Positions 11,401-17,442 of a stretch of DNA of 32,000 nucleotides are shown here, in pieces. The DNA lies in the NCBI RefSeq assembly GCF_000016745.1, contig NC_009483.1:4350001-4382000 (forward strand), read 5' to 3'. Position 1 is the first letter of the stretch; each line of letters begins with the position of its first letter. The position numbers and the translations under genes were made by a program. Origin of the DNA: Geotalea uraniireducens Rf4 (GTDB lineage Bacteria; Desulfobacterota; Desulfuromonadia; Geobacterales; Geobacteraceae). The notes under the pieces were generated by a model. That model did not search any database and was not told the DNA's origin. It worked only from the letters and a program-made list of their open reading frames with translations.

Positions 11401-12352
11401 CCGGATCGACGGTCACAGCGGCCGGCTGATCGTCGAAGCCGGCATCGTAGACAGACTCCCAGACAGGTGTCGCGGAGCCCGGCACCAGTTCTGCGGTATA
11501 GAGATCATCCCCGCGGCCGTTGGTCAGGTAGCCTGCGACCACCACATTTCCTGCAGGCGTAAAGGCGAGCGCCGTGCCGCGATCGTTGTAGGAACCGGCG
11601 CCACTCTTGGGCCAGACACGAAGCTGGTTGCCGGCAGCGTCCCAGAGGAGAGTGACCAGATCCAGGTCGGTGCCGTTGGACGACTCGCCGGTCAAGGCTA
11701 TTCCGTTCCCGTCCGACGAAACAGCGACGGCGTAAGCGAGATCGGTCCCGCCGGCATCATAGGTCTTCGCCCAGAGCGGCGGATTGTCGCCTGTCACAGT
11801 GTTATCGAAGGCGAGCAGCAGACAGTCGTCATTGCTGCCGTTGTTTGAATAGCCGGCCACATAAACCCGGTCGTTGACCGGATCGTAGACCACCGCCTGG
11901 GGGATATCGGCTCTCCCGGCCGTGCCGGACCAGGTCCTGCTCCAGACCACCATTGGGGTATTTGTCCCGTTGTCGCGGTAGCGGACCACGTAAACGTCGT
12001 AGTTGCCGGCATTCATGACGCTCGCCGCAACGATCGCGTCGCCCGACTTGTCGATCGTCACCGCCACCCCTTGGTCACTGCCGCCTGCAATGTCATAAGC
12101 GGCCCGCCAGACAACCGAACCGTCGGCCGCGTACTTGACCGTGTAGACGTCGTCATTGCCGTCGCCAGCCAGGCTCTGGTAGCCGGTAACGACCGTTGAC
12201 CCGCTGGCCGGCACGATCGACGCAGCGCGCGCCTCCTGCTTTCCCTTGCGGGAGTCCATAAGCGGATGGCCTGTGAGGTCAGCGCCCCCGCCCGCCAGAA
12301 CCGGCGTAGCCAGGACAAGTAAGATGGCTATGGATGTAATGAGTCTTCTCAT
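5492..12352 (-). CDS. giant (2286-aa) secreted protein: SBBP-like beta-propeller block, FN3, second beta-propeller block, about 10 FN3-like domains, C-terminal concanavalin/LamG-like domain
   Basis: The ORF track gives 5492..12517. I trim the start to the ATG at 12352 (MRRLITSIAILLVLATPVLAGGGADL, a signal peptide, with GGAGAA 7 nt upstream). The longer form would overlap the upstream gene by 151 nt. Propeller blades repeat a pattern such as DPAGDVYVAG(Y)...(D)D..VVKY...G...W. FN3 domains carry T(T)YYYRV/TQYCYRIRAY-type F-strand motifs. Approximate layout in nt: propeller 1 at 10756-12270, FN3 at 10460-10755, propeller 2 at 9125-10455, FN3 array at 6250-9100, lectin-like domain at 5495-6250. 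Confidence 0.85.
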   Translation of the reverse strand: MRRLITSIAILLVLATPVLAGGGADLTGHPLMDSRKGKQEARAASIVPASGSTVVTGYQSLAGDGNDDVYTVKYAADGSVVWRAAYDIAGGSDQGVAVTIDKSGDAIVAASVMNAGNYDVYVVRYRDNGTNTPMVVWSRTWSGTAGRADIPQAVVYDPVNDRVYVAGYSNNGSNDDCLLLAFDNTVTGDNPPLWAKTYDAGGTDLAYAVAVSSDGNGIALTGESSNGTDLDLVTLLWDAAGNQLRVWPKSGAGSYNDRGTALAFTPAGNVVVAGYLTNGRGDDLYTAELVPGSATPVWESVYDAGFDDQPAAVTVDPAGDVYVAATAGVLPAFSKLFVVKYHKNGTAVPDTVWSSTYDAGSINASGASALAVDPAGGVFVAGWRDYVGVKKVVTAKFSRKNGRLLWDREWSGVIGNSSRPVGISLAGQGVVTAVWTDRTQPLDGGTQAATGGSKTSLQNGNKSWTADQWAGYTLYMVSSQNKDIFRRIQGNDATTITLAASQALPYVVASGDLYYLYDQDDIDYVVLRQDKGVLDPPTGLATQVLSNTSVQLSFLDNTETETGFKVDIKIGENGAWSQDAYTIPTPDQPGSGVVNFDVTGLLPDTDYYFRVKAYDGSGNGDLSGEANALTRVATFASPALTYVYADPAGGDDQAIDAACFSGGSVVFTGTIHADQNLMGNPSKDYYTVKLKRGTFEVLWQDRRDGGYDEDDDAVAIAVDQNLEAVMTGTSSQSVPGAGNIPSVWTHKYPFSPTIDGVLEATPAWTDQLNGAGRLSDHADAVAVQGGAPYAVAVTGHGNADLSNIDFYVRKLSATGTVVFTAQSHLGGNEYPAAVSLDAAGSVFVAGRVDLAGNNDWFVAKLDGVTGAVLWSDTYGGSGNDRALSLAIDAAGDVYVAGYVTDVPTGFTNMVVIKYLGGATGAVDRRWVRTYPAGMAAGNSAARKIAYDSFDNEIVVAGEAYRGANDRDLALLRYDTAGTLLWERELSRPGADEVLTGLSLDPSGYIYIAGDTGASPNTDVVAAIYTSAGDYVKSFLYNGTAGKEDHAATIAANKFGEGFVAGYTTSDAGDRNFLALKIVNDLVVMPNALLAVAEADSSRVDLSWTNVTAGTTPYLKRSIQGSGSWVDPPGTINGKLSMDAASFVDTGLAPNTSYCWRVYADLNSVTTRYNEFCATTTLAKPAAPAATNPNPVTTSSLNISWPNIAGNTGYLLERKAGTGGTYAAVATLAANTTSYDDTGLARATTYYYRLSVQSSAGWSLPSADSVPSYTAPNPVTGWWSYGAPNANQIDLSWIYCISWDANGYRVERKTGAGTWSTVGYPGSYSFSDTGLTPNTTYYYRVYARYNGVENPAAGPEQSVTTPLVPPTLQSASALTSTTFTATWTQVPGNTGYDLVGKSCAASASIATILANPATYCWGTIYSATMAADAVSGTGGGVLAPYYRGWYVSVRTKSGGTTSVDSNGIVVFPPLVVTLSNIDIPASNQLRPVWTDTYEDNFDVQRRPPSGAWTTVATGLAANTLNWIDTAVTDGTQYCYRIRAYTAAGGPAEAWSNELCQTAQAPPAKPSLSLSTPTATTIKLDWDNTNFPTSMNFDVYLSGYQYSSGGTPETYPGYWAGWGLQTTVTCATATCSYTYSAGRGPGIKAFVRTSFYGTTIDSQTVSPADGYVQTMPTPPPIVSTTSTDSSITVTWGRIDQAYSYNIYYKKAADGAWSGPLSSPHSWSPPPYTITGLTPGTQYQVKVESVGKTIESNDAVIKTVWTLSSAPTITGISGVTATQATVSWSPSASATTYKLERSTDNASWTLVTNQNVLSYSDSSLVAGTTYWYRVKAVNAGGDSTPSVSVSTTATPATAGVPLLITRSDSQITVGIRLVKGATGYKIYRKDGGSGSNQNLAATINVPYVEWFCGSDISTIACTSPVAKIFDYDDSANLTANTTYCYSVVAFNSSGEAAMGPEYCGGTSPYGPAVLNAVPLSPYKVQFAITPGSGTAPTGYQLEFKQGDNWGVVARIPYGTNSYTLSGVLGAGGSGIFRVRPYKLLADDFSAGINPAIWSQRVTMKDANNLTVVDAQTPPLNFTTSNGNSSIVAANGVVTLSESSSGNGVANSWNSARLFLSDVTPLLGDFDFSTKLRLPAGEVTGNQYHVYARLQFNMPATAGDGTRSNYFYIGRYGSTTNAYEICWALDGTGYCNGANADNTSGGLRITRIGRTVTAWVANSAGNGWQPFQSNTEFQAAPGYYGMISQYLARSETMTLVTELDDTVLIGGITSPSNEVTITMPDYVNGQSSCP

Positions 12353-12366
12353 GTCTCTTTTCTCCG

Positions 12367-15300
12367 TCACTCGCTGTAGCTGCGCGGCGGCGCAAGGCTC
12401 GGCCACGGGGTCACGTTGTTCCACATGTTCTCTTGCGGCCACTGGTTGGGAATCGCCGGCTGGATGCCATTCACGTACGTCGGCGAAATGGTGATGTCGG
12501 CGCGCCGCAGATGACACTGGGTGTATGCCTCGTACTTGTATCGGTCAGCCATATAGGCCGGATCGCTGGTGAAGATTTTGCTGTTGATGATCCCGCCGAT
12601 CGGGTAGCCCCAATGGCCGCCAGTCCAGTCGGCGCGGCTCCCGGAAAGGATGTCGGCCGCAGAAACCTTGCCGCCGGAGGCGACCCGCCCCCGGTGCTGG
12701 TAGTCGAGACAGTTGGTCACCATGAGCCGCGGCAGGGCAGATGAGTGGGGCTGGTGACACTTTGAACAGGTAAACGAGTGTTCCGTATTCGCCCCCCAAC
12801 CCTTGACCGATTCGTGCATCCGGTCGCGCGATTTCCAGTCGGTGTTCTTGTTCACCCCGTCGGTCAGCTTCCGCTGCTGGTGACAGCGCAGACACAAGCC
12901 GGCAAACTGCTTGTCGCTTTCCGCGATCCGGTTCGTGTTGAAGGTGTTCCGGTCCGTGTTCCAGCCGAGCAGCACGGGTACGGTCGGCTTTCGGTTGTCC
13001 CAGCCAAGCTGCGTTGATCCAGCCCCGGCGCCGAAGTATCCGCCCCATCGGTAGGGGGGGGAGGCGATACCGCCGTTGGCGCTGGGTGGAGGTGCATCTT
13101 CCTTGTAGGGGTTGGTCATCCAACTTCCCTTGAGGAGCGGCACGGCATAAGGCATCTGTTCGCCAAGGGTCGGAGATACCCCGTGCGGGTCATGGCATGG
13201 CGTGCAGAGTCCGTTGATCCGCTCGTGACTCGAGTAGTTGAGCATGCTCGAAGCGGAGAAGTGGGTCCCGGCGACCGTTGTCTTGCGGAACGGGAAACGG
13301 GTGTAACGCCCTTTGGTCCCCCCGCCGAAGCGCGGGCTGTCGTCGTACCCCATGACCGCCTGGCTGGCGCTGTAGGTCGACTGGTATCCCCACGGCCTGG
13401 TCGACGAGGCGTTCTGGTTCTCGTGACAGTCGAAGCACTGGCCGGCGCCTGCAGCGTACAGGTTCTTGCCGGAAACGTTCCCCTGGGCCATATAGGTGGC
13501 GCCGTATCCACCCTTGCCGTTCTGGGTTTCCTTGAGGTTGGCGCCGTTACGCGTATTATTGAATGTCACATAGCTGGAGGTGGTGCCGTTGACTTTCGAG
13601 CCATGGGAATTGTGGCAGTCGTAGCACTGGATGTTTCCCCCCGCGCCCCTCGTGTTCGGCGGCGCTGCGTCGTAACCGTCGGCAGCGTTCCACCCCCCCT
13701 GGTTGGCGGCTGCGTTGCCGTGTGCCGAGAACGCCTTGACGACAGTGTCCTTTTTGTTGGCATTGGGATAGGTACCGGAATTCACCTTCCCCCAGGTGGT
13801 CGTTCCCATCTGGGCGTAGCGGGCAGCGATCGACTGGCCGTCCCAGGCATACTGACGCGGGGTCTTGCAATCACCGAACGGGGTCGTGTCGTTGTTCTGA
13901 TCGGAGTGACAGGAGAGGCAGTGGTTGGTCAGTTTCGCCACTTCTGTCCGCTCGTTCGCCGTGGTGACCCGGTTGGCGAGAAACTGGACCGCCGAAGTGC
14001 TGCTGTAGAAAGTCGGTCTTTCTCCCGGCCGCCAGACCACCAGGTCGACCTTGGCGTCTTTTACCCCCGAGTAGGTCCTGAAATCGAATCCCTCGTGACG
14101 GTTCGTGTCGATCGTTCCGAACGAGGTCGCTTCCCAGTGGCAGGCGTAACACTGCCGCCCGGTAAGCGCCACACCAGGGTTCTGGACGTGGTGCGAGTTG
14201 CTGTTGAACTGCCCGACCACGTCGGCCCTAGCACCAATGGAGCCGGCGTGACACTTGACGCAGATGACCGGCAGACCGAAGGCCACGTGCTTGGGCACCG
14301 GCTTGGCGTTGGTGTGGCAGGTGTTGCAACTCTGAGAGTCGGCATGGGCATCGGCAAAACGGTGCATGTGACAGCTGGTGCATATCTTGGTCGCGTTGTG
14401 GCCGTCGCTGAAGTTGCTCAGATAATGCTTGGAATCCGGGCCGTGACAGACATTGCAGATCTTGTTGGAGGCACCTGCATAGTCGCTACCCTTTGTCTTC
14501 TGGGTGAAGGAGACGGCCGCCCGCGCCTGGGGTACGCCGTATTTCCCGTCCGTAGTGGTCGCCACCTGGCTCTGAATCATATAGATGTTGTCGTCGCCGT
14601 GGGGGTCATGACAGTCCCAGCAGAATTTCCCCCCCTTCCACGTCCCCAGAAACTTGCCGTTTGCATCCTTCGCCCACCCTCCCGAGTTGATGAAGGCACC
14701 GTAATGCTTCTTGCCGAAGTGGGCGGCCGAGGCCCGCGCCTTTTTCGGCTTGATGAAGCCCGTGCCTGGGTCGAAGCCAAGGGAATATTTACCGGGGTTG
14801 TCCGACGGCGCCGTGTGGCAGAAGATGCACTGTCCGCCGGAGTCGTCGTCGTGGCACTGCAGACAAACGCCCATCATGACGTACTGGCTCTTGATGTCGG
14901 CCTTATGGGTGGTATTCCAGCTACCGGCACCTGTTGAGTGCCCCTTATGCCCCCCCGATGGCGCGAAAACCCCGTCATCCGAGTCATGGCAGCCGGACGT
15001 GGTGCAGGAATCGAGATAACCGTGGCTGGTCCAGTCGGTCCGGGTACCGCCGGAGCGCAGTTTCACAACGATCCCGCCTATAGTCGCCTGGGGCGCCAGG
15101 CTCTCAAGTTGCCCCACATGACATTGTATGCACTCATAGTCCTTATGCTCCATATGGCAGTATACGCATTCTTTCTCGAAGCGCTGCTCGTACTGCGTGT
15201 GCCTCTTGAGCCGGAACGGATTCGACCCCTCTCCATGGATAACCGTATTGTCGTGACAGTACCAGCAGGGATTGCTCGGGAAGTTGGCGGCCGGGTTGTT

Positions 15301-17442
15301 CGACCCCGGATAACGCCCGGCCGTCGAATAGCGGCCATGGCCGGTAGACACCCACTGACCGAGGTTGATCCTCGCCATGGTCCCGTTGTCGAAACCGGCA
15401 AAGGTGTCCAGGTCAGGCCCGGCAGTGCCGTGACAATTGAGACAGATAATGCTCGAATTGACCGACGCCCCCCACTGGGGATCAGTGGCGCCGGTATGAC
15501 AGCGGGTGTTGGAGCAGGTCTTGTTGGTCGGGCGGTACGAGCCGCCGGCGTTGAATATGACGTCCCGCGTTTTGTTCACGTGGTAGGCGGGATTGATGTG
15601 AGCCGTTTCCCCCATGTTCCCGGTCGGCAGTCCCCCGGCGTGACAGGTTTTGCAGTCGCCGTTGATAACAGTTGCTGCATGGCAGTTGCCGCAGGTGAAC
15701 GAGGTGCCGGTATGGCGCGGATGAGAGTTGGCGCGTGGCTCCCCTGCACCCTCGTTATGGAAGATCGGCATCGCCGCCCGCCATTCGGTGCCGGTGGACC
15801 AGCTGGTGAAGACCGGCCAGAACTTGCCGTCGTGGCTGGCGCCGTCATGGCAGCCGTTCGCGTTGCACGTTCCGGTAATCGGGTGACCGTGACAGGCGTT
15901 GCAGCGCGACCATCCCTTATTGGGCCAGCTCGGCTGCTTCACTTCCGCATCGAGCGGGTTCACTGTGCCGTCCGAGTGGCAATAGACGTTGCTGCAGCTA
16001 CGGGTGGCCGGGTCGTAGGATGGTGCAGGGCGACCGGCAATGTTCCACTGGGGATCGACCGCCACCTGCTTGGTCCCGTCGGCATGTATGGTCAGGGCCT
16101 TGATGGCGCCGGCCGCAGTCACCGTCTGATAATGGCAGTAACTGCACGGATACTTCCTGATCCATTGGGGTCCGACATGTTTGGCATGTGCGTTGGTGGA
16201 GATGTTCACGAACGGTGTGCAGACACCGTTATCTCCGTTCCAGGCGCCACCGATCTCGGTGCAATTGTCATAGGTCGAATCGACCGTCAACCCTCGATGG
16301 CAGTAAAAGCATTTGTAGGGACCCTGATCGCTCCAGGACGGCGTCTTGAAGCCCGGACGGCCAAGGGCGTTCGAATGGCAGTAGGTGCTCGTGCACTGTT
16401 TTGAGCCTGCGGTGTAGCTGCCGCCATCCTTAAAGGAGACATCCTTCTCCCCATTGACATGCTTTTGACGGTCTGTGATCATCGCTGAACCGGTGGCGGT
16501 CGAGTTGTGGCACTTGTCGCAGACGTATTGGTAATCCTTGGCGTGCCTGTCATGGCGGGGACTCATGGTCACGGTATCGCTGTTCCCGCCGTGGCAACCG
16601 GTACAATCGAGCGACCCGCCCCAGGTCGGAGCGGCAAAGGTGTTCACCCGGCCGGCAGGGTTACCGTTCGAATGGCAGTAAATATTGTTGCAGCCGCCTG
16701 TTCGTCCCGTGCTTTGCGACGGCAGGTAAATGGGATAATCCACATTGCCGGAGTACGAGCCGCCGCTGTTGGGGGAGGTCAGAAACTGCACGGCCAGCGC
16801 TCGGCGGCCTGCGCTGGTGGCGTGGGAAAATGAGGTGTGCACGGGATGGCATTTGCCGCAGCTGTTCTCGTCTACGCGGTAATAGTCGCCATGTTTTTTA
16901 CCCGACCCGCTCTGGGAGGGATGGCTTCCGTCGTCAGGCGGCAAACCGTGGCAGGCATTGCAACCGGACGGAGCTTCTAGTAGCTGGTTTCCCCATTCCG
17001 GAGTGCTCTTTTCAAAGTGACAATTGACATTGGCACAGCTGCCGAGGGTCGGATTAGGCGTTTGGGGAAAAGGGGTGGTCCAGTTGCCAAATGATGAGGT
17101 GCGGTTTTTATATACCGCATTAACGGGGGAATTATTGATATTGCTGGAAAGCTTGATCAGTCCGTCACGATGGGAGGAGTTGTAGCTTTCGCTTCCCGGA
17201 TGGCAAATGGCGCAGTTTGCCGGCCCGGCATACGCAGGGAGGTGGGTGCGGTGCTTTCCCTGGAAGCCGCCGGTCGTAATATTCCGGTAACTATCTTCCA
17301 GCGGCCGGAAATCGGCGGTTTTCTTACTCCCGTGGCAATCGTAACAGGAAATCGACGCCTCCGCCACGCTACCCATAACCGTCATCGCCAGCAGCAACAT
17401 CAGTATGCGGTTACATATCCGCCTCAGCTTATTGTCGATCAT
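12367..17442 (-). CDS. giant (1691-aa) secreted multiheme c-type cytochrome, about 36 heme-binding motifs
   Basis: Signal peptide MIDNKLRRICNRILMLLLAMTVMGSVAEA. By hand I count 29 CXXCH motifs and 7 CX4CH motifs (CANVNCH, CNNIYCH, CTSTYCH, CSNVYCH, CNANGCH, CSNTRCH, CTTSGCH). The CX4CH...CXXCH pairing matches the Geobacter CxxxxCH...CXXCH domain family (TIGR01904) as I recall it. The TGA at 12367-12369 lies 14 nt before the next ATG. Confidence 0.9.
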   Translation of the reverse strand: MIDNKLRRICNRILMLLLAMTVMGSVAEASISCYDCHGSKKTADFRPLEDSYRNITTGGFQGKHRTHLPAYAGPANCAICHPGSESYNSSHRDGLIKLSSNINNSPVNAVYKNRTSSFGNWTTPFPQTPNPTLGSCANVNCHFEKSTPEWGNQLLEAPSGCNACHGLPPDDGSHPSQSGSGKKHGDYYRVDENSCGKCHPVHTSFSHATSAGRRALAVQFLTSPNSGGSYSGNVDYPIYLPSQSTGRTGGCNNIYCHSNGNPAGRVNTFAAPTWGGSLDCTGCHGGNSDTVTMSPRHDRHAKDYQYVCDKCHNSTATGSAMITDRQKHVNGEKDVSFKDGGSYTAGSKQCTSTYCHSNALGRPGFKTPSWSDQGPYKCFYCHRGLTVDSTYDNCTEIGGAWNGDNGVCTPFVNISTNAHAKHVGPQWIRKYPCSYCHYQTVTAAGAIKALTIHADGTKQVAVDPQWNIAGRPAPSYDPATRSCSNVYCHSDGTVNPLDAEVKQPSWPNKGWSRCNACHGHPITGTCNANGCHDGASHDGKFWPVFTSWSTGTEWRAAMPIFHNEGAGEPRANSHPRHTGTSFTCGNCHAATVINGDCKTCHAGGLPTGNMGETAHINPAYHVNKTRDVIFNAGGSYRPTNKTCSNTRCHTGATDPQWGASVNSSIICLNCHGTAGPDLDTFAGFDNGTMARINLGQWVSTGHGRYSTAGRYPGSNNPAANFPSNPCWYCHDNTVIHGEGSNPFRLKRHTQYEQRFEKECVYCHMEHKDYECIQCHVGQLESLAPQATIGGIVVKLRSGGTRTDWTSHGYLDSCTTSGCHDSDDGVFAPSGGHKGHSTGAGSWNTTHKADIKSQYVMMGVCLQCHDDDSGGQCIFCHTAPSDNPGKYSLGFDPGTGFIKPKKARASAAHFGKKHYGAFINSGGWAKDANGKFLGTWKGGKFCWDCHDPHGDDNIYMIQSQVATTTDGKYGVPQARAAVSFTQKTKGSDYAGASNKICNVCHGPDSKHYLSNFSDGHNATKICTSCHMHRFADAHADSQSCNTCHTNAKPVPKHVAFGLPVICVKCHAGSIGARADVVGQFNSNSHHVQNPGVALTGRQCYACHWEATSFGTIDTNRHEGFDFRTYSGVKDAKVDLVVWRPGERPTFYSSTSAVQFLANRVTTANERTEVAKLTNHCLSCHSDQNNDTTPFGDCKTPRQYAWDGQSIAARYAQMGTTTWGKVNSGTYPNANKKDTVVKAFSAHGNAAANQGGWNAADGYDAAPPNTRGAGGNIQCYDCHNSHGSKVNGTTSSYVTFNNTRNGANLKETQNGKGGYGATYMAQGNVSGKNLYAAGAGQCFDCHENQNASSTRPWGYQSTYSASQAVMGYDDSPRFGGGTKGRYTRFPFRKTTVAGTHFSASSMLNYSSHERINGLCTPCHDPHGVSPTLGEQMPYAVPLLKGSWMTNPYKEDAPPPSANGGIASPPYRWGGYFGAGAGSTQLGWDNRKPTVPVLLGWNTDRNTFNTNRIAESDKQFAGLCLRCHQQRKLTDGVNKNTDWKSRDRMHESVKGWGANTEHSFTCSKCHQPHSSALPRLMVTNCLDYQHRGRVASGGKVSAADILSGSRADWTGGHWGYPIGGIINSKIFTSDPAYMADRYKYEAYTQCHLRRADITISPTYVNGIQPAIPNQWPQENMWNNVTPWPSLAPPRSYSE

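Noticed and set aside
12353-12517. A 55-codon N-terminal extension of the giant ORF (MSSAARRHHHFADVREW...), as listed in the ORF track.
   Set aside because: It overlaps the 3' end of the cytochrome gene by 151 nt and has no signal-peptide character. The internal ATG at 12352 has a GGAGAA RBS and is followed directly by a textbook signal peptide.
13183-16404. Two long plus-strand ORFs (584 aa and 488 aa) antisense to the cytochrome gene.
   Set aside because: Their products are Arg/Gly/Val/Ala-rich low-complexity sequence with no recognisable motifs. They lie entirely inside a strongly supported heme-motif-rich gene. These are typical stop-poor shadow frames in GC-rich DNA.
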